Source: a virus (lineage: Duplodnaviria > Heunggongvirae > Uroviricota > Caudoviricetes). From it: a stretch of 64,000 bases of DNA. Shown here piece by piece: positions 1-10,390 of this stretch. Below the pieces are notes generated by a model. It was not told the origin of the DNA, did not search any database, and saw only the letters and a program-made list of their open reading frames with translations. Every line of letters begins with the position of its first letter. Position 1 is the first letter of the stretch. A program made the translations under genes and the position numbers. The stretch lies in IMG/VR virus record IMGVR_UViG_3300017991_000084, positions 26,830-90,829 of that record; one strand, written 5' to 3'.

Positions 1-33
1 ACCAAAATCTGCGGAACACCCATATCAACCTCC

Positions 34-291
34 TCAGTCAATCAGCTCTTTCAGTTCCATGTAGTAGAAGCGGACTTCCAACAGCCCGTTCGCATGCCCG
101 TATTCCCAAGCCAGATCCCACAGCTTCTGCGCCTTGGAATGGCCCACAGTTCCCTGCTCTTTCTCCAGAGCCTGACGGAAGTCAGCACCATCCCGACGTG
201 TGAACTCGCCACGATTGACACGTGCGTGCAGGGTCTCCTGAACTTCTTCGTACATCTTCCCAGCCAACTGATCTATTAACTTCTTAGGCAT
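34..291 (-). CDS. hypothetical protein (the 34..369 ORF trimmed to an internal ATG that overlaps the upstream stop as ATGCCTAA)
   Basis: Long minus ORF; start MPKKLIDQ overlaps the stop of 284..508, typical of coupled phage genes. Confidence 0.4.
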   Translation of the reverse strand: MPKKLIDQLAGKMYEEVQETLHARVNRGEFTRRDGADFRQALEKEQGTVGHSKAQKLWDLAWEYGHANGLLEVRFYYMELKELID

Positions 292-508
292 TTGCCAAGC
301 TCCAATTGATATCCACCAGCCATGGGAAAGACAGCTTCGACTGCTCGCATGGCTCGAACCCATTCTCATCCAAGTACTGAATCACTCGCTCCCTCTTGAA
401 ACTCTTGGTGATCTTGAAGGTCCGGATAAACTCATTGTCCAGGACCACGCTGATCGAATGACCAGTCATCATCAATCGCACTAGAGTCTTCATCTTTGCT
501 CTCCTCAA
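284..508 (-). CDS. hypothetical protein
   Basis: Minus ORF directly downstream of the TTTGTA-N17-TATACT promoter and CTTTGAGGAG leader. Confidence 0.45.
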   Translation of the reverse strand: MRRAKMKTLVRLMMTGHSISVVLDNEFIRTFKITKSFKRERVIQYLDENGFEPCEQSKLSFPWLVDINWSLANA

Positions 509-516
509 AGGTTTCT

Positions 517-556
517 CGTATACCCAAAGTATACGACAAATCTCTAGGGATACAAA
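517..556 (-). promoter_or_regulatory. sigma70-like promoter: TTTGTA -35 (551-556), 17-bp spacer, TATACT -10 (528-533), then conserved TTTGGGTATACG
   Basis: One of 7 near-identical elements in the window; followed by CCTTTGAGGAG RBS and the ATG at 508. Confidence 0.6.
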
Positions 557-1317
557 TGGTTCAGATGAAAAATCTCACAGCAAACCTGATTGATCCTCTC
601 ACGGTCAGGCTCATCCGGTAGACTGGATCTGATCAGAGCCTCCTCAGCCAGCTTGAACAGCCGATCAGCCTCAGCCTTGACCTTCTCCAGAGACCACGCC
701 CCACGCTTGATAGAGACGATCTCCTCAGCGTCTGGACGATGAACCTGGAGCCTACCCGTAGACAGCAGCTCGATCCCCATCCGCAAGATCCGAATCAGGT
801 GCGCTGCGTTCTTCGTATCGAACCCGAACCTCTCCACCAGCTGTTTCCTCTTCTCACCCATGTAGCCCCTGCATGCAGCGTGCTCCATCTTGTGAAGCTG
901 CCCATGAGCATACCCAACGAAATTGGGATAGCACTTCTTGGTGACGAACAGGTCACGATTCTCAACCAAGAACTCCCCTGCCGCCGACAGCTGCATGTAC
1001 ATGTTGGGCTCCAGGAACAGGCACGAGAGGACATTCGGATTGCCCTTCTCCAGGAGTCTGACGAACTTCTTCAGCTCGTAGAAAACGATGTCCCACTCTT
1101 CATGGATCAGCGTCTTGGTCCCACGTGAACCGTACTCCTCCAGCCCATAGTAATACTCCATGGGAGGGATCACGATACCAATCGCATCTCTGTCATCGAT
1201 GGAATTAGGATCATGGCTGGGCCGGTAGGTCCCATGGGAGATGCTTCCCCGATAGGCCAACAGGATCGCGTGATCAAACGAGAACCTCTCTTTGTCTTGA
1301 ACTTCATTCGGAATCAT
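544..1317 (-). CDS. minimal nucleotidyltransferase, Pol-beta superfamily (RlaP / PF10127-like, RNA-ligase-associated type)
   Basis: hG[GS]-x9-13-DxD motif in YRGSISHGTYRPSHDPNSIDDRDAIGIV; 257 aa. Confidence 0.55.
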   Translation of the reverse strand: MIPNEVQDKERFSFDHAILLAYRGSISHGTYRPSHDPNSIDDRDAIGIVIPPMEYYYGLEEYGSRGTKTLIHEEWDIVFYELKKFVRLLEKGNPNVLSCLFLEPNMYMQLSAAGEFLVENRDLFVTKKCYPNFVGYAHGQLHKMEHAACRGYMGEKRKQLVERFGFDTKNAAHLIRILRMGIELLSTGRLQVHRPDAEEIVSIKRGAWSLEKVKAEADRLFKLAEEALIRSSLPDEPDRERINQVCCEIFHLNHLYP

Positions 1318-1501
1318 TCATCTTCTCCTCGATCTCAGCCAACACCCTCTTGGCTCTGTAGACATGGCAGTCTTCCCTTGATGCCAAATTGTGTGCCTGA
1401 CAAAATCCATGATGATCATGCCGACACTCGCCCTCCAGATATACCAAGTCTTCCAGGATACCCTTCATCTCTGCAATCAGTTCCCAAGTCTCAGCGTCCA
1501 T
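1304..1501 (-). CDS. hypothetical small protein
   Basis: Minus ORF tiled in the gene chain; Cys/His-rich. Confidence 0.3.
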   Translation of the reverse strand: MDAETWELIAEMKGILEDLVYLEGECRHDHHGFCQAHNLASREDCHVYRAKRVLAEIEEKMNDSE

Positions 1502-1766
1502 CAGATTCCCTTTTCAATTCGTCCCACTTCTCTGTGTTGACCGCCTCCATGAACTCCACACACGCTTGTATCTCTTTATCAGGCAATGTTGAAGGCCACT
1601 CCAAATTGTACTTCAGATCCCGGTTGACCGTGAACTTACCCTGTTGCACGATTTTCAACAGGCCGAGCACAATAGAATCCAGGCGCTGCTTCTCCTGGAA
1701 GGCAGACAGTGCCTCTTGGTATTGCTTCACCTTGTCCCAGAAATCATGTGTCTCACTCTCTAACAT
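1491..1766 (-). CDS. hypothetical protein
   Basis: Minus ORF; RBS GAGAGGAGAAAGAG directly follows the tRNA-Ser 3' end. Confidence 0.4.
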   Translation of the reverse strand: MLESETHDFWDKVKQYQEALSAFQEKQRLDSIVLGLLKIVQQGKFTVNRDLKYNLEWPSTLPDKEIQACVEFMEAVNTEKWDELKRESDGR

Positions 1767-1782
1767 CTCTTTCTCCTCTCAA

Positions 1783-1872
1783 AGGAAGGCATGGGGATCG
1801 AACCCACAAGGCCCGTTAGGGCTCGCCTCCGTAGCAGGGAGGTGCCGTCGCCAACCTTCGGCTAGACCTTCC
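1783..1872 (-). tRNA. tRNA-Ser(GCT), type II with long variable arm
   Basis: Acceptor GGAAGGT/GCCTTCC; D stem GCCG/CGGC with long D loop; anticodon stem CCTCC/GGAGG; loop CTGCTAC; variable arm CGAGCCCTAACGGGCCTT; T arm GTGGG-TTCGATC-CCCAT. Confidence 0.7.
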
Positions 1873-2229
1873 GCTATGACACCACGACCAATGAGCAGCA
1901 ACCCTTGTCACTGTCCCAATGCCCACATCGTTCCTCAATGCACTTCTCTCTGTACGAATCAATGGGACCTAAAACACATCCATGTGCCTTGTCCCGCTCC
2001 AAACTCAACCGTGCCATATGTATGCATAGATCTTTCATCCTACTCCTCCCACTCAGGCCCACACTCACTGTAGAAGTCATGAAGCAGATCACCCTTCGTT
2101 GGGTATGCGATGCTCTGCACATCCGGATCGTCCTCAGGACTCACGCGCCAACCTTGCTCATCTTCAAACAACGTGAACGGCTCGACGTCATCCAGCATGA
2201 TTCTTTCCACGTTCTTCATCTCTTCCTCC

Positions 2230-2559
2230 TCAATCAAACACGGAAAACAGGAACACACCCAACGATGAGAACTGATCCTGTCTCTCTTTAGCATGCATCT
2301 CAAGCATGAGATGAATATCAGTCACCCGAAGATGATCCATGTCCACTTGTTGAAGATCGATGCCCAGCTGATCTATCTTAACTAGGATTTGACCAATGCA
2401 GATTGTATCAGCTTCGAACGGATTACAACCTCGCAACATATGAATCTCACCCACATCCGGACAGTCTCCTGTATAGAGATCCTCTTCCAGTTGACACGTC
2501 CACTCCTTGTCCTCTTTCGTGTATGGCTTGTAAGCGCCGTACATGAGATAGATTGTCAT
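2230..2559 (-). CDS. hypothetical protein
   Basis: Minus ORF; leader AAAGGAGAAAGAGATG directly after the tRNA-Ser(TGA) 3' end. Confidence 0.4.
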   Translation of the reverse strand: MTIYLMYGAYKPYTKEDKEWTCQLEEDLYTGDCPDVGEIHMLRGCNPFEADTICIGQILVKIDQLGIDLQQVDMDHLRVTDIHLMLEMHAKERQDQFSSLGVFLFSVFD

Positions 2560-2575
2560 CTCTTTCTCCTTTCAA

Positions 2576-2667
2576 CGGAGGGTGAGGGGATCGAACCCAC
2601 AAGGCCCTTTAAGGGGCTCGCCGGTTTTCAAAACCGGAGCAGTCGCCAGCCTTCTGCTTGACCCTCC
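2576..2667 (-). tRNA. tRNA-Ser(TGA), type II
   Basis: Acceptor GGAGGGT/ACCCTCC with G73; anticodon stem CCGGT/ACCGG; loop TTTGAAA; variable arm CGAGCCCCTTAAAGGGCCTT; T loop TTCGATC; paralog of the tRNA at 1783-1872. Confidence 0.7.
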
Positions 2668-2767
2668 ATACTATTAAAACGCTCCCTTGCCAGTTATATC
2701 CCTGGCTGTTCTGGAACCCAGCAACCACGTCGCTGCGCCCTCACTGAATCCCACATCCCTCAAAGCC

Positions 2768-3109
2768 TTATACTGACTCCGGTACACGCTCTTCAGTATC
2801 GCATTCATCAATCTTCTCATTCTTCCACGCCTCCAAGAAAGCCTCTGCCTCTTCTTTCGTGCCCCAGTAGCCGGGAGCCCAATGCAACGCTTTGAGATCA
2901 TCCTCCAGTGTCACACCAAAACCAGGACTACAGTAGCCAGTGCTCCCATTGATAGTGCCATCCTTCCACAGGTAGACAGCTCGTTCGCCCCAGTTCGTAC
3001 AGATGTACCATCCGACAAGGTCCTTGGTGAAGCTACTCTTGTAGGAGCACACCCGGAAGCCCTTGCCAATCAAAGACAACATTCTCTTCTCGATCTCCAC
3101 CCAGCTCAT
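2768..3109 (-). CDS. hypothetical protein
   Basis: Minus ORF, 113 aa. Confidence 0.35.
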   Translation of the reverse strand: MSWVEIEKRMLSLIGKGFRVCSYKSSFTKDLVGWYICTNWGERAVYLWKDGTINGSTGYCSPGFGVTLEDDLKALHWAPGYWGTKEEAEAFLEAWKNEKIDECDTEERVPESV

Positions 3110-3276
3110 ATCACCTCTCCGAAATGGCCATCAGTTTGTAGTCGCTCGCCCATCGTATGGGAGGCGGCTCAACGTGAACCTCAAACCGCCTGGCGCTCTT
3201 ACAGTAGTACACATACGCCAGCCGCCCAGTTTTGTTCAGGAAATCTTGGGCACGATGGCACGCATTGACGAATCGC

Positions 3277-4020
3277 TTATCCATCGTCTTCCTCGTTTTC
3301 TTCCAGATCAGAGAGGAACGTTTCCTCATCCGGAAGGTCATCCAAACTGTACGTCTTGATCAAACCCACAGGCTTGTAGCCATCCTCGTTAGCCTCATTA
3401 CCAAACCGCCCAGGCTCGCCCCTGTTGAAGCCCTCGTAGACTTCCAGCACATTCTTGTCCAGATCCAGGACATAGGCGAACTCGCAGAACAGGCCGTCTT
3501 TGGCGAATTCCTGACTGTTTTGCACCAGGATCTTACCGCCCATCGCATCGAAGGCGCTCGGCAGATCGTCCTCACCATCCAGCTTCGACGGAGGAGTATA
3601 CCAGCTCTTCTCCTCGTCCTTCTCCACAGCACAGTTCAACGTGTCTGGGAACCCCTGGATGAACTCCAGAATGTCACCGCCCATATCCCGATTCAACTGA
3701 GGGAACCGTCGCCGGAATCGATTCGACACGTCCAGATCCACCAGCTCATCATCACGGTCGTCACCAGCTTCCCGATAGAACTGCATCAGTTGCTTCTCAG
3801 TGATCCCTTCCACCAGCTCCAACTGCTCCAGGAACTTGGCCCGATCAAACCTCTCACGCAGGAAATTCAGGATCTCCACACCCTGGCCGCTGGGATACCC
3901 ATCCCACTGGCAATACTGTGCCACGACACATTCGTCGTTCAGAACCACACATGTCAAATTTCTCGTGCCCATCACATTCTCCCTACACTCGATGCTGGTT
4001 GTGATGACTTCCCTGTGCAT
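3277..4020 (-). CDS. hypothetical acidic protein
   Basis: 247-aa minus ORF with an acidic C-terminus. Confidence 0.45.
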   Translation of the reverse strand: MHREVITTSIECRENVMGTRNLTCVVLNDECVVAQYCQWDGYPSGQGVEILNFLRERFDRAKFLEQLELVEGITEKQLMQFYREAGDDRDDELVDLDVSNRFRRRFPQLNRDMGGDILEFIQGFPDTLNCAVEKDEEKSWYTPPSKLDGEDDLPSAFDAMGGKILVQNSQEFAKDGLFCEFAYVLDLDKNVLEVYEGFNRGEPGRFGNEANEDGYKPVGLIKTYSLDDLPDEETFLSDLEENEEDDG

Positions 4021-4493
4021 GGTTTGCGCCGCGAACCCGCAGCTTACAGTCCGGACAGTACTTCGTGCTCGTGCGCTGAGCCTTACACTTGCCCTTCATC
4101 TCCGGACGACAGTACGTTGCACCCTGAACTTTCTTCTTGTCCTTCGCCATCAAATTCTCCTTGCCAAAGCCTCACGTTCACGCTCAGCCTTCCGTGCCCT
4201 ACGATTCGCATCCAAGCGCACATGCTTGCACCCATACTGACGTCTCGTGTCATCTGGGTAGCTTGACGTTCGATTCTCTCCCTCACCTTCCCACACGATG
4301 CCGGGCAGCACATCATCCGGCAGATCGAACTTAGACAGGTAACGAAACCCATCATAGTTATCGGTCCTGTGTAGAACCTCGTGAAGGACCGCGATCATCC
4401 CACGACGAGTCTCCGGACTGCACGTGCTTGCCGCCAGCATCTCGTTCACGATCTCCACCACGTCATCGACCACAATCGTCTTTCTCGTTGCCA

Positions 4494-4724
4494 TCAGTGG
4501 TTCTCCTCAAGTATAGGCGTTCGACCGTTCCGCTCTGCCAGCACCAGCTCCAGAGCCTCCTCCAGGGTATCCACGAGCTTCTCACGGAGATGCTTGGGTG
4601 TGCCGCCGTTGGTCACGAGAAGCTTCCCGTCCCCACGCTCAAGCACCACAAGCCCCACCTTGTGAGCTACCCGCCGAACATCATGAAGTTGAAGAGTCAT
4701 AACACACTCCTGGAACAGCACCAT
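4494..4724 (-). CDS. hypothetical protein
   Basis: Minus ORF downstream of the promoter at 4726-4763. Confidence 0.4.
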   Translation of the reverse strand: MVLFQECVMTLQLHDVRRVAHKVGLVVLERGDGKLLVTNGGTPKHLREKLVDTLEEALELVLAERNGRTPILEENH

Positions 4725-4725
4725 T

Positions 4726-4763
4726 GCTACCTAAAGTATACCACAGATCTGCTAAGGTACAAG
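4726..4763 (-). promoter_or_regulatory. sigma70-like promoter: CTTGTA -35 (4758-4763), N17, TATACT -10 (4735-4740), TTAGGTAG
   Basis: Member of the repeated promoter family; the TTTTTCTGCAAAAAA motif lies 13 nt upstream at 4776-4790. Confidence 0.55.
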
Positions 4764-5036
4764 GTCGCATTCAGCTTTTTCTGCAAAAAACTTTGCCGCC
4801 TCCAGATAGTCCTCGAACACCAGAACCAGCTGCTCATCACCGCCGATCATGTTGATGCGCCCGTGCTCATCATGCAGGAACACCGAACCCTCCGGATACT
4901 CGACATTCACCTTGCTATCCGTCGCATAGATCTTCAGCTCAGTCAGGAGTCTGTACCACTTCTTCCCAGCTGGCTTGTAGACCTTCGACTTGTCCGGGAC
5001 TTCACTTGCGGGTAGAATCACTTTGATCTTAGCCAT
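4752..5036 (-). CDS. hypothetical protein
   Basis: 94-aa minus ORF. Confidence 0.4.
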   Translation of the reverse strand: MAKIKVILPASEVPDKSKVYKPAGKKWYRLLTELKIYATDSKVNVEYPEGSVFLHDEHGRINMIGGDEQLVLVFEDYLEAAKFFAEKAECDLVP

Positions 5037-5436
5037 GCCTCGCCTCCAAAGTCACACGTGCCACCAAGCACCTCCACCAATTCTGACGGTACTCCTCTGT
5101 CCGAGCATTGGCGAACTCATAGCCCGCTTCCTCGACAGTCCCATCCTCATGTGGCCACAAGAAATCTGCCTTGTACTTCTCCACCCCAGGCACGACACCA
5201 GGAACCACGAACCCAGACAGTTCATCCGCTGTGTGCAGCTCCTTGATATAATGAAAGCTGCCATACCACTCCTGATTTCCAATACCATGGGGCTTGTCCA
5301 CACCAGAGATCTTCTGGATGCGCTTCACAGCTTTCTCCTTGCTGAACCACAAGGACTCCAGCACCATCGGCCCACGCCCCTCTGTCATGTCTATGTTCTT
5401 GTACACACCGTACAGTATCATATGCAACCTCCACAA
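5029..5436 (-). CDS. hypothetical protein
   Basis: 135-aa minus ORF. Confidence 0.4.
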   Translation of the reverse strand: MWRLHMILYGVYKNIDMTEGRGPMVLESLWFSKEKAVKRIQKISGVDKPHGIGNQEWYGSFHYIKELHTADELSGFVVPGVVPGVEKYKADFLWPHEDGTVEEAGYEFANARTEEYRQNWWRCLVARVTLEARHG

Positions 5437-6197
5437 CAGCCCTGTGGTATCTCCTGATTCACCATCTCCTCTACGGCTTCCTTCAGCTCCTCAGGGAAAT
5501 CCTTAGGCCAGTCAGTCACGGTCCAATCACCATACTCCACGTGCTCATCCCATTCATCATCGAACCACACACTCCCACCTGAACTCAGGCAGAAATCAGG
5601 GAACACCCACACCTTCTCCACGAGAGGCAGACCGATGCTGGTCACCACCTTCAGCGTTCCGCTGCACAGGTTTGGATATGCCCCATCGTACTCTATGCTC
5701 TTCACCTTCATCCTTCACCTCATTTCCTCGGCCTCGGCAACTCCAATTCAATACCCTTGTACTTCCGAACCTGCTCAGTTCCATTCTTGTAGTAGAACTT
5801 CACATGGTAGATATAATCGCCTCCCAAGCTCCGGCCCACCTTCATGACCAGACCCTGATCCGTACCAAACCGCATCTCCACAGTCTGCCCCACTTTGAAC
5901 AGGGGCTTGGGCGATGGTTTGCTGTCGATGACCACAAAGAAGCCAGTCACCATGATCATGATCGCCACGACCATGACCACGATCCATTTCAATCTGCGTG
6001 TCATTTCTCGTCCTCCGCAGTATTCCGTGCAATGTCCTTGCCCAACTCATTCTGCCGTCGCCCAAGCAGCTCCAGAAGGTTCTCGGCCTTATCGATAGTG
6101 CCAGGGACCGCCTCCCGGTTTCGCCCATGCAGCCCGATCTCAATGCTAAGCAACAGACGAATCACGATGATCCAACACTGATACTTGATCCAACTAC

Positions 6198-6581
6198 TCA
6201 TTGTTCATCCTCCTGAACCAATTTCAGCTCATATTCCTTGTACCACTGATTCTGGTAGAACGGGAGTATGTCGCTTTCTACGTACACCTTCACCTTGTAC
6301 TTCACACAGTCCTTCTTCGGATACACACCGATGACCATCCCCTCAACCCCAGAGATCTTCACCTGCACCTGCTGGCCCTCCTGGTACTGGGCAGTCTTAT
6401 TCGGTCTGCCATCACAGCCCACCAACACCATCGCCACCAGTAGAACCAGAACACACAGAAATGCCTTAGCTCTCATCTTCGATCTCCTCAATAGTAGCCA
6501 CCGTATGATCAAATCGATCCTGGACCTCATCGGTCCCATCCAAACGCCCGACAAAGAGTGTCCCATTGCACAGATCTGCAA
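6198..6581 (-). CDS. putative secreted protein or lipoprotein
   Basis: N-terminal signal-like segment AFLCVLVLLVAMVLVGC. Confidence 0.35.
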   Translation of the reverse strand: MQICAMGHSLSGVWMGPMRSRIDLIIRWLLLRRSKMRAKAFLCVLVLLVAMVLVGCDGRPNKTAQYQEGQQVQVKISGVEGMVIGVYPKKDCVKYKVKVYVESDILPFYQNQWYKEYELKLVQEDEQ

Positions 6582-7335
6582 TGGCCCTAGTCACCTTCAT
6601 CTGACTGTATGGACACTCCATGATGATCCTGTACTTGGCCATCAGTCCAACACCTCCTCAAGAAGCCACTTCAGCTCCTCTCTGCTCGTCTCCAGGTTCC
6701 GCTGAGAGGCCGCACAGTTCGGATACTCATCAGATGCCCTACGCGCCGCTCCCAGCTCCTCTATGGCCTCAACTATCTTGTCCAACTTGTCCATCGTCAT
6801 CCTCCTCGTAGATCTCATAGCCCATGGACAGCAGGACGAAGCTGCCCTCCATCCGGTCCAGAGCCTCCGCGATCCCGCCCTTCAGCTCATCGAGACTGTC
6901 GCCCACCTTCAGCTCAGAGACAACCGACTCCACACCCTTCATGGAGATCCCGAACATCCCAGCTCCCCGGTCATCGATCTTCTTGGTGATTCCCTCAGGA
7001 ACCATCGCCCAACCACGCGACTTGGCCACCTCAGTGATCAGCTTCTTCATGTTGACGTAAGGCATGACTACCTCCCGATCCCCAGTTCAGTCTTGATGGA
7101 CTCGATCAGCTCCAGCTCTTCCTCGAAGTGCCTGAGGTTCATCAGAGCATTGCGGACGTTCTCTTCCTCCAGGCCCTTGTGAGCAGTCAGCTCGCCCAGA
7201 GTCTTAGCCTCCTCTTCCCTCTGATGATCGATATTGTGGCACGCAGCTCCGTTCAAGAGACTCAGCAACGTAGCCACCTGCATCTTCGACTCTTTGCCGT
7301 TCACCGTGATTGTCGCAATGTCGTTACCAGCCATC

Positions 7336-7665
7336 TTAGCGCACCTCCCCAGTCGCCTGCTTCAACACCTCAGCTGCGTAGTCCAGGTCATCGTCATTCG
7401 GACGACAAGCGAACCAGCCACCATTCTCACGGAACCCACAGTCCAGCAGCTTGCGAACACACTCCAGGAGATTGTCTCGCTCCGAAGCACTATGCCGCTC
7501 AGCCTTCTGGGCCTCATAGAGCCTCGTCCGCTCTTGCTGCTCGTGCCTCTGGCACAGTTGCAGGGCAACGCTGTCTCCAGGCTTGCACAGCTCTGCACCA
7601 CAGATTCGACATTCGGTTGCGGTCTCAGTTGCCATCACACATCTCCTCAAAGGATTAATGTACAC
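7336..7665 (-). CDS. hypothetical Cys-containing protein
   Basis: Minus ORF directly downstream of the promoter at 7659-7698 and the CCTTTGAGGAG leader. Confidence 0.45.
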   Translation of the reverse strand: MYINPLRRCVMATETATECRICGAELCKPGDSVALQLCQRHEQQERTRLYEAQKAERHSASERDNLLECVRKLLDCGFRENGGWFACRPNDDDLDYAAEVLKQATGEVR

Positions 7666-7698
7666 CTAAAGTATACGCCATCCTGGAGAGAATGCAAA
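7659..7698 (-). promoter_or_regulatory. sigma70-like promoter: TTTGCA -35 (7693-7698), N17, TATACT -10 (7670-7675), TTAGGTGTA
   Basis: Exact 17-bp spacer; conserved downstream TTAGGTGTA and CCTTTGAGGAG before the ATG. Confidence 0.65.
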
Positions 7699-9259
7699 TC
7701 AAAAATCAGGAATCGCATCCGGATCATTCACCATCTCCGGATCATGCGCCGATACCGTGCGAGAGATGTACGTACTGTACAGGCCCTCACAGTGCTCGCA
7801 TCTGAGTATGTACAAGTGGCTCCCATAATTCTCCGCATTCCGCATTGGAATGTCAATATCCACCACCTTGTTGCACCTAGGACACTTCATCGTCCGCTCC
7901 CATCACATCTATCGGAATCAGCTCATACACCAGCTGGCCCCACCACTGCTCATCGTCCAAATCAACCCACCGTGGAGCCTCCTCGAAGAGCACCTTCCGG
8001 TTCTCAAAGTCCACCTCGATATTCCGGACCTTGGCCAGGAAGCCGATCTCACGTTGCTCGGTGACGATCCTCTTGACACCCTCGGCATCCTTCGCACACC
8101 GGCCCCGAATCGCACCATCCCAGTAGCCATCTGTTGACACGATCCACACCATCATTTGGAATCCCCCTCAAGACCGTACTCCGCGATAGCTGCCAATCGT
8201 CCAGCCTTCACCGCCTCACGTATCGCAATCCGCAGACAGTTCCCGCATGGCTTCACCGAGATTATATCTCTCACCTTGGTTGCCACCACCGGCGCTCCAC
8301 ATTTCTCACACCATAAATTCTCCATCAGGCATCCCCACATAATGGCAACCGGACCACGGCAGACCCTTTTCCTCCGCTGTCTCCTGGCCCTCTTGTAGAC
8401 ACAGGCTGCGATTCTCTTCCACATCCTCAGGCTCATCGGAATGGTACTCAGCCACACACTCAGAACCTACGTAGATCCGCATCCCATGTTCGTCATACTC
8501 TCCGTGAACGTACATCACTGCCCCTTCTTCATTCGAGCCAGCACGTCAGTCCGCAGCAGCTGCATGATGTGCCAGCCCCGATCAAAGTCCCCAGCATTGC
8601 TTGCGTAGGAGATCAGGTAGCTCACAGCTTCCTCATCCGACAATGCTACGATATTGTCCATGATTGTCTGTCGCTCTTCGGGCTTCAGCATGACTCAGCT
8701 CCTACATCAAAGATCCGAGATCGCCCCACGGCATCCCGCTCGACCACTGCTTGTGTATCCGCAAAACAACTCATCACCTTCCCCTAACAGGACAAATCAC
8801 AGGGAGCATCACCGCAGGTCTTGCACTCGACAGGAGAATAGTTGCAACCCTGCTGCGCCTCACCATCCACGGTAGGACCTCCACACTCAGGACAGATCCC
8901 ATTGACCTCGTCATCTCGATACTTCCAACCATCACAACAGCTCATCGTTCATCCTCCTCTGAGCCCTCTCACGAATTTTCCACTTCACAGACTTGGGAGA
9001 CCGCCCCTCAATGATTCCCTTCTCCAACAAGCTCTTTGCCAGCAAGCCTGAATATGCCATAGCGTAGGAAGGTCCTCGATCCTCGATAGCCTCATCGACC
9101 ATCTGCACATCCCTTGCATCCCAATTCTTCCTACAGTTAGACCAAGCATTGTGGTACAGCCTCATCTCTTACTCCAAGCACGCCTCTATGCATCACGGCG
9201 TAGAATTCCACAAACGCTATGGCAGCTGCAACCAACATGCAGTCTACGATACTCATCGT

Positions 9260-9454
9260 TCAGCCCTCACACCGATATCGATACATCTTCTTAACCAACT
9301 TACTCCACGACTGACCCACCCACGCCACGATCCGGAAGTTGTGCTTGTGCAGCGTCAGATGGACATGATTGCCACCCGCCAGCTTGATCCACACCTGATC
9401 CCTGCCCTGTAGATCCTCTTCTGTGATCGTCAGTGCCAGTCGGTCAAGTTCCAT
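9260..9454 (-). CDS. hypothetical protein
   Basis: Minus ORF downstream of the promoter at 9479-9518. Confidence 0.4.
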   Translation of the reverse strand: MELDRLALTITEEDLQGRDQVWIKLAGGNHVHLTLHKHNFRIVAWVGQSWSKLVKKMYRYRCEG

Positions 9455-9478
9455 ATCTCAGCTCCTCAAAGGGTTTCA

Positions 9479-9518
9479 GCTTACACCTAAAGTATAAGCC
9501 ATATCCCAAAGAATGCAA
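9479..9518 (-). promoter_or_regulatory. sigma70-like promoter: TTTGCA (9513-9518), N17, TATACT (9490-9495), TTAGGTGTA
   Basis: Same architecture as the other six; followed by CCCTTTGAGGAG. Confidence 0.65.
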
Positions 9519-9522
9519 ATGA

Positions 9523-9768
9523 CTAATCGTCCTCTTCGATCATTTCCATGAACGTCCGAATAGCCTCATCGATCTCGTCCACCTCGAACACCGCAGGCCC
9601 TTCGGTGCAGTATCCGTTGTACACGTTGATCTCATCCCCAGACTCAGAGAAGAAGTTGCTGATAGACAGGTCATCACCGTCCACCTCAACCATGTCCGTC
9701 TCCATCAGAGCCCGCTTGATATCCTTGTGCGTATTCGCTACTGCCTTGCCCAAGCAATCGATCAACAT
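9523..9768 (-). CDS. hypothetical acidic protein (start moved to the internal ATG at 9768 behind a GAGGGAG RBS; the track gives a GTG start at 9789)
   Basis: Minus ORF MLIDCLGKAV... Confidence 0.4.
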   Translation of the reverse strand: MLIDCLGKAVANTHKDIKRALMETDMVEVDGDDLSISNFFSESGDEINVYNGYCTEGPAVFEVDEIDEAIRTFMEMIEEDD

Positions 9769-9923
9769 GGTTTCATCTCCCTCGAACACAGCACGTTAGG
9801 GCACCTCAGGCAGGAGTTGCACCTGCTTCCCACGGTCTCTTGCGGAGAACACCTCAAGCCGATCAAGCTTGGCCGACAACTGATCAGGTTATCGGATGGG
9901 GTCGCCCAGTGGTTTAGTAGCAT
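9762..9923 (-). CDS. small Cys-rich protein (53 aa, below the ORF-track cutoff)
   Basis: My minus-strand reading gives ATG at 9923 after GAGGTG, with CxxC-type pairs (CNSCLRC), ending in ATGAAACCATGTTGA across the next start; it sits between the promoter at 10008 and the next gene. Confidence 0.3.
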   Translation of the reverse strand: MLLNHWATPSDNLISCRPSLIGLRCSPQETVGSRCNSCLRCPNVLCSREMKPC

Positions 9924-9996
9924 AGACGCACCTCAACTACGATCAGTCTCTGAGGTATCCTAACATGCTGTATTCAGTTGTTAAAGAAAATGCCGT

Positions 9997-10036
9997 ACAC
10001 TAACCAAAGTATACGGCATCCGTTGCACAATCCAAA
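9997..10036 (-). promoter_or_regulatory. sigma70-like promoter: TTTGGA (10031-10036), N17, TATACT (10008-10013), TTGGTTAG
   Basis: Family member; it drives a 220-nt region holding only the small ORF above. Confidence 0.5.
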
Positions 10037-10390
10037 TTGTTTTTCAGAAAAAATCACTTCCCATCTGCGAAGTGGCTCATCCTCCCTCCGAATCGCTCAA
10101 ACAACTTGTCATGGAACTCATGTCCGCTCTCGGCAATAACACATGGATTGGACGAGCACGCAGTACCCTTCCCATCCAGGCCAAGACCTGCCCACGCTAC
10201 GCCCCACGGAAACGCCTGCTGGTGCGTTACGATGAACGGTCTGCCCACTGAACAGACACACACTTTGCCCACAAGACACTCTCCTGCTTCCGGCATTCTC
10301 ATGATACATCCTCCTTACAACTCGATCCAGATAGTGCGGCATATCACCTGCACCCACAGAGGCACTCCCTCCGTGTTACCCAGATCACCC

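Noticed and set aside
1213-2073. Long plus-strand ORFs (e.g. 1213-2073, 3232-4266, 7234-8064, 23707-24723, 26300-27280, 30339-31370, 31374-32051)
   Set aside because: They are shadow ORFs antisense to well-supported minus-strand genes. Their translations are Pro/Ser/His/Leu-rich low-complexity with no motifs, and no promoter or RBS signals sit on the plus strand.
4752-5036. GroES / gp31-like co-chaperonin
   Set aside because: Only a superficial resemblance (KVILP...); the GroES mobile-loop and roof motifs are absent.
9897-9960. tRNA-like sequence GGGGTCGCCCAGTGGTTTAGTAGCATAG...
   Set aside because: The D-loop-like GTGGTTTAGT is present, but there is no T-arm (no GTTCGA-type loop) and no consistent acceptor pairing. 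It is more likely part of the small Cys-rich ORF or leader.
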